Assembly: GCA_965603825.1 (NCBI GenBank)
Contig: CBFDEM010000053.1
Location: forward strand, 1,054,001-1,118,000
Direction: 5' to 3'
From: Blepharisma stoltei ATCC 30299
Taxonomy: Eukaryota > Protista > Ciliophora
Length of the DNA: 64,000 nt
The notes below the pieces were generated by a model. It searched no databases. It was not told the origin of the DNA and saw only the letters and a program-made list of their open reading frames with translations. The position numbers and the translations under genes are program-made. Below, piece by piece: positions 46,948-58,311 of this stretch; positions within the stretch are counted from its first letter, which is position 1; each line of letters opens with the position of its first letter.

Positions 46948-48489
46948 TTACTTTTTCTTTGTTTTCTTTCCTCTTCTAAGTAATTCCATTGGATCATTGA
47001 ACTCTCTTTTAAGATCTGTATTAAAATGTTCAGATAAGTTCAATGATCTCTCTGGTGCTATTTCTTCAGGTTTTTTCCTAGCAAAGCTCTGCAATTTTTC
47101 ATTATTTGTTTTCTTTTCCTTTATATGGACCATTCTTTTTATTTGATCAAAGTCAATTTCTTTATGCTCGACAATCCTTTGTGCTGGCTGATGAGGTCTT
47201 TTTGCTGGAACTTGCACATCCACAAATTCGTTTTCTTCTTCTTCTTCTTTCTGAATTTCTTTTAATCCTCACGAAATCAAGCACCTATCAGCAATATCTT
47301 TTTTGTTTATTTCTAAAGGCTTTTTGCTTTCAGTTGGGTTCAAGAAATCTAAAATTCTGGTTAATGACAAAATTTGGTACCTTGCAATGTTATCATTTTC
47401 CTTTTTAATATAAGTTTGGAATTCAGCATTCTTCATGACAGAATCAAAGTCCGCAATATTTTCTAAATCTTTCCCTTGCTTAAGTAGAGTTTCAAGTGTA
47501 ATGCAAAGCTCCTGAATTTTAGGAAGATCCCCATTACCTTTATACCCAAGTGCAACAATAGTTCTGGTATTTCCATGAGGAACTGTTGAAAATGGCTTAA
47601 TCACTGAAATTTTTTCAAACAAAGTTGCCAAATATAAAACAAGCTCAATAGAACCGCGATGGAAAATGCTTGATGTTTGAATAACTAAATTCCCTCCTCT
47701 TGCCATAAGCTTTAATGTAGCAAGAATGTTATAGGCAATATAACTCTTCATATATTTTTCGTTTAATTCAAGGTCCCTCACCTTGCATTTTATATTGCTC
47801 ACAATAAGCATTGCAGAAGGCTCACCCATCTGGCTAAGCAGCTCGTCTGAAAACTCAAGGATATTTTTCGCATCAATTTCATTACTTCTAAAGCTTTTTG
47901 AATCAACGTCTTCTATCAAAAAACTGGCTTTAGGAAACAACGCATAGCCTTTAATCTCCCCAAAGCAGGATTGTTGAAAATTATGTCTAATGTACTCAGC
48001 ATATCCTCCTGGATCTCCTAATGTCACAAAGTAATATGTAGGGATCAAATAGTTTTGCTGAATTAAATCTGGGTAAAGACTTGAAATATTGCTCATCCAC
48101 ACAGCTCCATAGTTTCTGAACTTCACATCACCCTTGACTAAACTGTAAGGGTTTGCATTAAGTTTTGCCTTTTTTACATCAGATTCTTCGAATTGAGCTA
48201 ACTGTACATTTCGGGTGGAAATTGTTTCTCTTAAGTGCTTGGCAGAGAAAAAGTCCATAAATTTAGCACTTTGAGGAGCATCAATTGAAACTTCAGCACT
48301 GCTGAAGTTATATAGTAATTGCAAACTTTCTGAAGTGACTGTAAATAGAGTTGCTTGCTGGGAGCTTGGAAATGTGTATTTTACAGCTCTTGGCTTTGCG
48401 CCGCCTTCTTCTTTGAGGTCTGGGCAAGGAATATCACTTGCCACCGGAGTGCATTCAAAATCTTCTGTGTCAAAAAGATCGGGCTCCAT
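46948..48489 (-). CDS. CMTR1-like (FtsJ/RrmJ-fold) cap 2'-O-methyltransferase homolog, probably catalytically inactive
   Basis: ANPYS, PGGYAEY, GYAL, GGNLV, FEKISVIKP and CLISW[TGA]GL follow the order of CMTR1 motifs. ORFs 47269 and 46948 are in the same frame. Confidence 0.8.
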
Positions 48490-48633
48490 ATCTAATTTAT
48501 AGCCTATTAAAGTTGGAAGATTGAATTGATATTTTATAATTATAAATTCATTTGACTCTTTCTAGCTCATTGATGAAAACTAATGAGTTGATATTAAATC
48601 GCATTATTTTAAAGATTGGTTTAAGATTATATT

Positions 48634-48931
48634 TTAATATTTTAATGGCTTGATTATTAGAGAAAGTCTTCCATCTGCATTTTGATCGTATTCCTTTATT
48701 AATAGCTGGTATTCTTGCCCTGCGCAGTAAAGTCTGTATCGTTCTAAAAAATTTAAAATATCAATTAGTGATAATGTGCACAGGCCTAGTCTATCTAAAA
48801 ATTTAAATGCACTATATGATTCGAATTCTCGGTTTGGCAAAAATTTTGCCTTGCGATTTCAACGTGTTTTTCTCCTTGAGATAGAATATATAATAATTGA
48901 TGAGTTTCTTTTCTGTCTCTAGACTCAACAT
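48634..48931 (-). pseudogene. Truncated, frameshifted EF-hand protein pseudogene
   Basis: Three successive frames give MLSLETEKKL / QLLYILSQGEKHVEIARQ / REFESYSAFKFLDRL...EYDQNADGRLS, then a stop. Two single-base shifts are needed and no intron motif explains them. Confidence 0.65.
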
Positions 48932-49736
48932 TACAAAAAATTATAGGTATAAAATGGAATATTTAATTAGAGTTGGAGGATAAATGTGCTTTCATTTTTG
49001 AAAGGATTAAGACTTATTAGATGGCTTTAGTAAGAATAATCTAATGCAAACATTTCCTAAAGCATCTAAAATTAAATTTAAATTGATAAAATATATAATT
49101 TTTTAGTTATCGGTGTTTTATTTGTTTATTTATAAGTATACATTTATTAAAAAAAGCTTATTTAATTAAAGCTATTTGAGGAAAAAAATAAATAGTATAT
49201 CATTTTTATATATATACAAAATTTATTTATTATGAATATGCTATAAAATTTTACTTAAAGTTAATTAAAAAACCTCTAAAATGCCTAGCTTCTACCTTTG
49301 GAAGTCTATATAATCAAGATATAATTTATTTTGCTCATTTCTGGTCTCAGGAAATAAAAAAGGCGAAATTTTAATAATATTTCTGATCACTTAAATTTTG
49401 ATTTTTTCTCTTCTTATTTCAAATTGCTGTAGGGATGTGCCTTTCTCCTGTCTCAAATATAACTGATATCTTTTCTTTAATAAAATGCTTAATTTGATGG
49501 CAAAAACTTTTCATAATTTTAATGTCAAAAAATAAACAAGTTTTTTTTTAGATATAGTTCTGTTAAATAAACTAGGATTCTCTTCAATTGAAGAAAAGAA
49601 TTTTAAAAGATAGTCTTGCCTTATTGAGTGCTTATATAAAACCTCTTATTTATTCTCCAACAATCTGACTAAATGCAAAAAATTTAAATTTATATATTAC
49701 CATAAGGAAAATTGCATTTCATAATTTGTATTCCTA

Positions 49737-50951
49737 ATGGATAATGCAATTGGATGCCGATTTATTAAAGAATCTACTATTGGAGAAGGCAATTTCGGTT
49801 CAGTATACCGAGTTATTGATACAACGAATAAAAAGCGTGTCGCGTTAAAAATAGAAAAGCCAAATCTTGAGGTTTCTCAAATAGAAAATGAGATAAAAGT
49901 TATCTCAGCAATGAAAGGCCATCGAGGATTTCCTCGACTAATTGACTCAGGGACTGAAAACGGTTCCATGTACATTGCAATGCAACTCCTAGGTTCTAGC
50001 CTTGAAGATAAATTTCAAGAATCCAAACAAAATTTTGGACTTATGGCTATTTTAAATATTGCAGAACAAATTCTTATGAGAATTCAAGCTTTGCATGATA
50101 AATTCTTCATCCATAGAGACATCAAGCCTCGTCAGTTCCTGTTCAGTCCAACCCCAGGTTCTTCGACAATTTATATGATAGATTTTGGGTTATCTAAATG
50201 CTATCAGAATGGAAAAACAGGAGTCCATATCCAGTATATGGAAAGTAGGCCGTTTATAGGGACAGCTAATTATGCGTCAATTAACACTCATATAGGTATT
50301 CAGCAGAGCCGCAGGGACGATTTGGAGTCCTACATGTATATGATTTCATATTTTTTAAATGGAACTTTACCATGAATTTCGAAAGACCATACAGTCTCAG
50401 AAAGGGAAATAAGGCTAGCTAAAAATCGAGTCTCAGTCAATGAGCTGTTTCATAATGGACCGGCAGAATTTGTTCTTATGATGGCTTATATTAAAAGTAT
50501 TTCTTTTGAAGACAAACCAGACTATGAGTACTTGGAAGGGCTGATAAAAAGAATGAAATCAAACACAGCTGTCGAAAAAAGAGGTGTCAGCTGATTTGAG
50601 TTTAATTCTGATGATAAAAATCCGAAAACTTTGAAAAGAAAAATAAGAAAAGCTATTACTGACCCTTTTAACGAGCAGCCAAATCTGTTTAAGGCACTTG
50701 ACCAGTGCACTGAAATTGCAAACAGAAATAATACAGCGACGCTAAATTTAGAAAAAGAAGAAGAGGAGCAGGAAGGAAACGATGGAGAAGAATTAAACGA
50801 TGAGCCTATGTCTGCCTGCATCACTGAAGAAAAGGAAAGTTATCCAGAGATCAAAGACAGAAATATTTTGAAAAACCGAGAGGAATTCCGAAAAAGCAAA
50901 AGTCTTGACTCTGAACTTCCAATGGAAGCGCAAAAGTGCTGTGTAATGTAA
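49737..50951 (+). CDS. Casein kinase 1 family protein kinase
   Basis: Motifs IGEGNFG, VALKIE, HRDIKP, IDFGLSK, GTANYASIN.H.G.QQSRRDDLES and GTLPW[TGA 50373]. A second TGA is at 50592, and the protein ends in a CCVM CaaX-like motif. Confidence 0.95.
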
Positions 50952-50968
50952 GAATTAATATATTAAAT

Positions 50969-53959
50969 TTACATTTTACCTGCAATTTTTCGGAAATTTT
51001 GTAATTTTTCATCAGCTGTCAGAACTTTTTTCTTGTTTTTTCTGCGTTGCTGTTGAACCCATTTCTTTTGCAGATGTTCTCTTGTTTCCACCTTGGTGAA
51101 GCCCCATTCGTCAAGCTTTTCTTCAAAATTTCTCTTGTTGGTTGTCCCGAGAGGTGGCAAAGATCCTTGGCTGCTAATAGTATTTTCGCTTGTTTTAGAT
51201 CTTCCCAATGGTGAAGGAGGCCTTCTCTGTGCTGGCGCTGCTTTGAGAGGAGGGAGTCTTGGGGTTTTATTTTCTTCTTTAGCTGGCTGTAAAAACTTTG
51301 AAAGATCAAGGCCCTTGGGAATAATTAAATCATCCCCAAAATTAATATTTGTATTAATATCATCAATGTTGACTTCTTGAAATTCGTCCAAATCAATGTC
51401 ATTTATTTTTGCATTGCTAAGAGCAATTTTTATTTTTTTACGAAGGTTATATCCTCGGTATGCTGCTTGAATTTTCGTTATTTTTTTAAGGTCATACCTT
51501 GAATTTCCAGGGTTTTTCCTTACCAAGTGTCCTCTATAGCATGACTGAATTTTTATAATTTGAGAGATATGGTTTTGATGCTTCATTAGCATCATTTTCC
51601 GCTTAAGAAATCTTGTTTTCCATCATGTTTGAATAACTAAACAAGCCAAGCTATCTTTATGAAGCAGCACTCTAGCATTATACCAATAATATTCAATATC
51701 TCTACCACAAAATTCCAGTTTAGGCTCACACCCCATGTAATTATAAAGCCTTGCAGGGAGTTGAAACAACCACATTTTCATTTCTTCACTTATGTACTTT
51801 GCAATAGGAGCCTCTCTTTTCTCTTTTTGTACTAATAATTCGCATTGTTTTAGCTCAAAAGCTTGCCTTGCCAAAATTCCTGATAGTCTGTTTACAACTT
51901 TTGAGTTCGAAGTCCTTGGGGTGTTATTTAAATCCTGCAAATTTGGTAGAGCCTTGACCAATAATTCATTATAAAGTGGCACAACTTCAGGCCGTGAGTT
52001 CATAAAAGGGTTATCATTATAAGAAAGATGAGTCAAATTGGGTGCTCCTTTTATACAAATTAGCAGCTGATGGAATCTCGGCAAGTTATTGAATGACAAA
52101 TTACAGAATTTCAGCATTTTGCAATTGAATTCAGAAATTGATGCTATTGCATTGTCTTCAAGCCTTAAAACTTCCAATAGTGGGACATGTGAGAGAAAAT
52201 CAAGGGATTTCAAGGAATTTCCATTTAATCATAGCTCTTGAAGCAACGGAAGCTGAAGAGGCTGAATATCACTTATTTTATTCTGATACAAAATCATTGA
52301 TGTCAACAGCTTCAAAGGATTCAAAAAGTTGACATCTCTAAGCTTATTGCGTCCTAAATCTAGATATTTTAAATATAAATTGGTATTAAAAGCATGATCA
52401 GGGATGCTTTTAATAAAATTTCTATACATCAACAATCTTTCCAACAACAAATTTTTTTCCAATCCTTCAAGCTTTACAATCTTATTGTTATTTATAGACA
52501 AGCACCGCAAATTTGTACAATTTTTTAGCCCAGATAAAACTGATATTTGGTTTAAGTCTAAGTTCAAAGATTCGAGCAATGGAAGATTCAGATCGGGGAT
52601 ATTTTGTATCAGGTTTTGCGATAAATCAAGTTGGACTAAAGAAGGTGGCAGGTTTTGGATTTTTGAAATCTTATTGAGACTTAGAGCAAGGGTTTGGAGA
52701 TTTGTAAACGATTCTAGGCCAGATATTGATTTAATTCCTTCGTATTTCAATTCAAAGGAAGGAGACTTGGAATTTAAGGGATAAGGAAGGAAGCTTGCTA
52801 ATGTTGGCTCTTCTAGCTTTGAAGTTTCAGGCTTGAATGGAGGGAGTTTTGTAAGGAGTGTAGGCCTTGGTAAAGGAATGGGGTCAACAATATAAGCCTT
52901 TTCTGTAATTGTTTTTGATGGGATTGGCTTAGGAAGCTCAACAGTGGTAGCTTTTGCAAATGGTTTGAATTGTATTTTGGGTAATTCCAAATATTCATCA
53001 ATTATTTTTCTCTTCTGCAAAACGCCAGGTAGTTTTCTGAAGAGTCTTCCAAAATCGTCTTCATATTTCATGCTTCGGTTTTCTCTTAATAAGTTATCAT
53101 TTTCTTCTTTCTTTTTTAAAAAACTTCTTAACATTCCTGAGAACTCATCTTCTGCTTTCATAGCTGAAGCCTCTCATTTTTGCTGTCTTGCTTCTTCTCG
53201 TTTTCGTGATTCTTCGATTTTTTTTTCTTTTTCAATTCTTTTTTGTTCTTCTTCTATTCTTTTTTCCTCCTTTATTTTTTCTTGTCTTTCTTTTTCTTCT
53301 CTATTCTTCTTTATTTGTTCATATTCTTGCTTTTTTTGCTCCCTAACTTTTATTTCTTCTTTTTTCTTTTCTGCTTCAACTTTTTTCTTTATTTCTTCTT
53401 GCTTTTTAATTTCCTTTTCTTTTTTAATCCAATTTTCAATCATTTTCGCTAGCATATCCTCTTCTATCATTTGTTCAATTTCAGCTTCTCTTTTTAAATT
53501 TTCTTCTGCTTTTAATTTCTCTATTAAAATGCTTTCATTTTCGCTTTCAAAGTCTTTTTCTAACTGGTTTAAAATTTCTTTTTCATTTGATTCTTCTCAA
53601 ATAGCAAGATTCTGCACTTTTTCGATTTTCTCTTCTTCAATAACTTCTTCAATCTTTTCAGCAACCTGGATTGAAGCTGTTAAATCTACATTTTTTGTGG
53701 CTTCTCTGAGCCCATATAGTGCTTTAGCAGCTTTTTTTTGGATTTTTTCCTGCTCCTCTTCGACTTTTCTCTGGCTTTGCAGAAATAATTTCCAATTTTC
53801 CGAATCAATAATCGACTCTTTGACTTGAAAACTTTCAACCACTTTAAAAGACTCTTCAGGCTCACTTTCTGTCTCTGAAACATCAAAATCTTTCAAGCTT
53901 TCATCTAATTTTGCAGCTATTTCTGCATACTCTTCTTCAGTCATTTTCCCATATTCCAT
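50969..53959 (-). CDS. LRR plus IQ-motif protein (LRRIQ1-like, 996 aa)
   Basis: Five same-frame ORFs joined through TGA 53597, 53174, 52229 (LQELWLNGN) and 51623 (IQTWWK). SDS22-like LRRs, with IQSCYRGHLVRK and IQAAYRGYNLRK motifs. Confidence 0.85.
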
Positions 53960-54008
53960 TTTGAATTAAAATTATTAAGGACAGCTTAAAGACGAAGGAA
54001 TTATGTGT

Positions 54009-54680
54009 TTAAAGTGTCTCAGCGGCCTTAGGCTCAATGATTTCAATGTGGTCAGGAAGTGGCCTCTTAGGTCCAGTAACTCCTTCAGGATCTTGTGAGA
54101 GCATAATTTGCACCTTAACTCCAAGGGCTCCTTGCTTAAGCAAGACGTGTCTGACTGCTTCATCAACAAAAATCTTTCTTGGCTCTCCAGTGCTGATCAT
54201 GTACCCATCTCTGAACTTCATGGTCTTGGCTCTTTGGGCTCTTAATTTACCAGAGACTGCAATTTCAATACCCTTGGCTCCGCTCTTCATAGCGAACCTG
54301 ATAACTCCATTGGCTGCCATTCTGACTGGGAAACCAGCAAGGAGCTTGTATTTCATGCTTTCAGCCTGGACAGAAGCGCTAAGACCTCTGTTAGGGACTT
54401 TTCTAGCGTAGAGTTCTAAGCTGTCCTTAGGGTAGTTGAACCTCTTTCTGATCAAGGAGCTCAGTTCTCTGATTCTGGTGCTGTTTTCACCTACGACTTC
54501 ATCAGTCTTGGTGGCATAGATGCTGACTGAAGTCTGGGTGTTGGTGGCCATAACGTCGATGCCAGCGAACCCTTCTTGAGCAAGAGTCCTTGCAAGGAAG
54601 CCGTAAAGCTCAGCTTTGACAAGGCCATCGTGGACGAACTTCTTTTTCTTGTTCATGTTCCTTGCTCTATCACCTTCCAT
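54009..54680 (-). CDS. RPS3: 40S ribosomal protein S3 (uS3)
   Basis: KKKFV.DG..KAEL, RIREL, RGLSA..QAES, SGKLRAQRAK.MKF.DGYMI and PLPD motifs. Confidence 0.98.
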   Translation of the reverse strand: MEGDRARNMNKKKKFVHDGLVKAELYGFLARTLAQEGFAGIDVMATNTQTSVSIYATKTDEVVGENSTRIRELSSLIRKRFNYPKDSLELYARKVPNRGLSASVQAESMKYKLLAGFPVRMAANGVIRFAMKSGAKGIEIAVSGKLRAQRAKTMKFRDGYMISTGEPRKIFVDEAVRHVLLKQGALGVKVQIMLSQDPEGVTGPKRPLPDHIEIIEPKAAETL

Positions 54681-54729
54681 TTTTAGCCGATTATTACAAA
54701 GAAATGCAATAGGGAATATAAATTTCTAT

Positions 54730-55113
54730 ATGGCAGCAGACACTAAACAGTGGGTCAGCATATATTTGCCCTATATTGATTCTGCAAGGACAGTTGCTCA
54801 AGGAAGAAGAGTTAGCAAAGCGATTGCTGTTGAAAATCCAGCATTGCCTGAAATATCAGAAGTTCTGCAGTTCTTGAAGCTTCATCACTCAATTGAAAAC
54901 AAAGCATATCCGAGAGACATCCTTTCAAGAGGAAGAATAAAAGTGCAGCTGAAACTTGATGGAAACCTTATGAATCCTGAAATTTCGACCAAAAAACAAT
55001 TATTAGTGAAATTGTGCGAATTTATTCCTAGACTGAAATCAAGGCTTAATAAAGAAGAAGCGAAAGAAACATCTACGAGCAATAAAAAGAATAAAAAGAA
55101 GAAAAAGAAATAA
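54730..55113 (+). CDS. SRP19: Signal recognition particle 19 kDa subunit
   Basis: IYLPYIDS.RTVAQGRRVSK..AVENP, KAYPRD and RGRIKVQL. Start ATG 54730. Confidence 0.95.
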   Translation: MAADTKQWVSIYLPYIDSARTVAQGRRVSKAIAVENPALPEISEVLQFLKLHHSIENKAYPRDILSRGRIKVQLKLDGNLMNPEISTKKQLLVKLCEFIPRLKSRLNKEEAKETSTSNKKNKKKKKK

Positions 55114-55131
55114 ATAATAGATATATTAAAA

Positions 55132-56067
55132 TTATTTTCTCCTGACTGATAGGTCAATAAGGTCGTCAGCAATGAAGGAATCGATTTCATCTCTTGAGAA
55201 CTCATAAGGGTTGTTGCAAAATGAGCAATTTATAAGCTGATAAGGGTCCTGCTTTAGTTTGATGAGGGAATCTTTGTCCATTGACTCCAGGAATTTTTGA
55301 ACTAGCTCTTTGGTGCAGTCGCATTTAAAAGTGAATTCCTTTGTGCTATATGTGATATCATCATTTACATCTTCAAATAGTTTTTTTATGGATTTTTCAT
55401 CTATATCTGTGTTGTGAATTTCTTTAAAAAATGATTTTTGAGAAATTTTTTCGTAAATTTCGTCAATATATTCTTTTTCAGTCCCTGGAAGAATCTGGAT
55501 CAAGAGTCCTAGAGTCGAGTAATTTCCTGATTTATCTTCGAAATTTTTGCCAGAAATATACACTTTAGAAGGAATTTGTTCGCTTGAGTCGCAATATTGC
55601 TGGACATCCTCATCAAAGAGTCCTTTATTGAAATCCCCTAGCTCTCTTGCAGAAACAAATGGTTCACCTGATCCAAAAATTCTTCTTTCAACGCAAAAAT
55701 TGCCTTGCTCGTTAGTAGAATCTACTTCTGTTTTTCTCGCAAATCCTCTTATGAAATGATCCCCTCATGACTCAGCTAAGACATCAACATTAAAAGCTTG
55801 ACCAAATGTGACACTATCGTGCCCAGAATACACTTTGATTCTTTCTCCGCTATTTAAAAATGATGCTAATAGTATAGACGAGGAATATGCACAGTGTATT
55901 TCTCGGATTAAATTCAAATCTTCGATCTCATTTCGTTCTTTTACTTCTTGAGTAATTTTTTTGGCTTGTGTGAAGCTTGCACGAAATTTAGGAGAAAATA
56001 AGTGGACTAATAGATCAGTTGGGTTTTTGGTGAAGGGCTGAAAATTTCTTTTGATAAATTTAATCAT
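55132..56067 (-). CDS. Hsp33 (HslO)-family redox-regulated chaperone with putative mitochondrial presequence
   Basis: Joined through TGA 55765. Y..SSEQIPS, GLLIQILPG and the zinc-switch CDC...CSFC..PYEF. N-terminus MIKFIKRNFQPFTK is basic and free of acidic residues. Confidence 0.85.
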
Positions 56068-56592
56068 AATATTGATATTTTTAAAGATGGTCTAGAAAAT
56101 ACTATAATGATAATTTTAAATTTTATTGATAAAGATAGGAAATTGATGAGAATATCGAAGGTGTTGATGATTAAAAAGTTGAAGGGTTGATACCTCTGAG
56201 TCCAATGTTAACACTTTGAAGAGGTGCATTGCTTATTTAATTATATCTAATCTCCTGATGCAATTTTTTATTTCTGTAGCTTCAAAATCCGAATTTAATT
56301 TTTATTTTACCTAAATTTCTACTCAATCATTTTTGCACCCCTGTCCTCATAATTATCATAAATTACTATAAGTTCTTACTCATATATTAATTACTATTTT
56401 ATATATGCTTTAATGCTTCAATATACGATTTATTTCATAACTTAATTAAATTCTCCTCATCCCCTTCCCTTTCTGCATTTTTTGAAAGATCATAAGAAAC
56501 TATTTATTGGTTTGCCAAGCTAATTGATAAGATATTATTTATTTTAAAAAGTCCAGTGACATGCTTTATTGAAAAAATTCTGATTCCAATCA

Positions 56593-57513
56593 ATGTCTTT
56601 AAGCACGTGCGTACAAAGTGATAGATGGCTTTCCAATAGCATCAATGAAAGTTACGAAAGCATGCCAATTAAAGAATATGAGCAAACTGATCCTGAACTA
56701 GCTGAGCTAGAAAATTTATCACGAAATTTGGCTAGCAAGCTAGAAAGAATAAATGACGACATAAATGTGCTGAAGAAAAGAAAAGATAAGTGCCAAGACA
56801 AAACTGAGAAGTAAAATTAATATAGACTTGAAGAAGAGAATTGCTTATTAGAAAAAGAAAATGAAGAGCTAGAAGAAGAAATAAAGCAATTAGAAAGGAC
56901 GCTGTATTTGTGACAGCACCAAGAGCAAATGAAGTCTCCAAAGCATAAACCTAAGCAAAGTTCTGCAATTAACAGAGTCCCTGCGCTTGTATCAACTTCT
57001 TTTTTAAATAAATCTTTATCAATGAAAAGTGAAGAAGATCCAGAAGACGATCTTGGCATTGTAGAAGCCATACATAAGCAAATTATTGAAATGAGAAATA
57101 CTTTTCAAGACCAAGCTATTGTCTTGTACCAGTTACAAGATTTTGTGAATGAAACTTATAACGATCGCATTGAATTTCAGAAAATAGTGATGGAAGTAGA
57201 AAATGATAAGAAAAAAGCTTCAAAGTTAATTGAAGATTATTATGTTAAGAAAGCGACAACTTTTGAGTCTATGAAACAAGAAAGATCTTCGCTTTTCGGC
57301 GGAAGCATAGTTAAAAGTGAAGAAGACATGACTTTTGGCATGCATGAAAATTCTAAGGATTTTTGTAAATATATTATCAAAATTAGTCCAAAAGAACGAA
57401 AAGTTAAGAAAAATTTGTTTTGCCAGTATATTAATTCGAAGAAGAAAAAAGCGTTAATGAAAAACTCTGCACTTTATAGAACACATATTCTGATGCTGCA
57501 TATGGACTGCTAA
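56593..57513 (+). CDS. Coiled-coil hypothetical protein (exons 56593-56810, 56826-57513); 3' end uncertain
   Basis: A 15-nt intron and one TGA join ORFs 56593 and 56929. Confidence 0.7.
56811..56825 (+). other. 15-nt spliceosomal intron GTAAAATTAATATAG
   Basis: In-frame TAA if retained. Removal gives KTEK|LEEEN. Confidence 0.9.
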
Positions 57514-57557
57514 ATTCAAGTAATTTATGTATTCACGTATTTAAATAATCATTTAAT

Positions 57558-57824
57558 ATGGAAACTGGGTGTTTTTCTTTTCACCATAGTCTGACGAAGA
57601 TTAATGAGATCGCAATTATCAATAACCCTGCAGTTTATTTCATTATAGGCTTATTTGTGCTATATATAATATGCCTTATATTAGGAAATAAAGCTGATAA
57701 CAAAAAGCCTCTCTCTAATGTAAAAAGGCCTGCATCAACCTCAAGAAGTGACTTTTATGTGGCTCCATCTGAATTTAAAAATTTTGAAGAGGAATCAAGC
57801 GAGATTAGCAGAGTAGAGAACTAA
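57558..57824 (+). other. Short ORF with one TM helix; possible small membrane protein or gene fragment
   Basis: NNPAVYFIIGLFVLYIICLILGNKAD hydrophobic segment. No supporting upstream or downstream exon was found. Confidence 0.35.
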
Positions 57825-58311
57825 TTATTTAATTTGAGGGAAAATAATGGAAAAATTGACGTAAAATAAAAATCAACTAATGAATTTCACTTGATATGAG
57901 ATATAATCTGCGATTTTTATAAGAGAAAAAATTTAAGCATAAATTTAACCTTAACTACTAAGATGCCATTGATTCGAGTTATGATTACTGATGACATAGT
58001 CAGTGCTATTGATACCATTAATATAATCACTAGCTAGTCTATCATTTGATTATTGAATTATATTTATTAATTTTTATAAAAGCAAAGATTTGCCTTTGTG
58101 AATTTATTTACAAATTTTATTTCAATTGCCTCATGAGGACTATAAATATCATGATATGTTTCATCAGATAAAATATAAATTTTGATTAGATAAAATTCAG
58201 CTAAAAGGTTCTTTTTATCGACTTATCACAAACTCCTATCTCAAAAAGTTAGCCGGAAAAATTGTTAAAGTATCAAATTTATTATTTCAAAATTTTATAT
58301 AGACCTTTCTA

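Noticed and set aside
52944-53828. 294-aa plus-strand ORF rich in F/S, and similar antisense ORFs elsewhere in the track
   Set aside because: These are mirror translations of K/E-rich coding sequence on the opposite strand.
57370-57824. Possible GPS/PKD-REJ pseudogene remnant fused to the end of the coiled-coil gene
   Set aside because: Only a vague resemblance (a CQY..N segment and one TM helix), and no consistent frame or canonical intron links the pieces.
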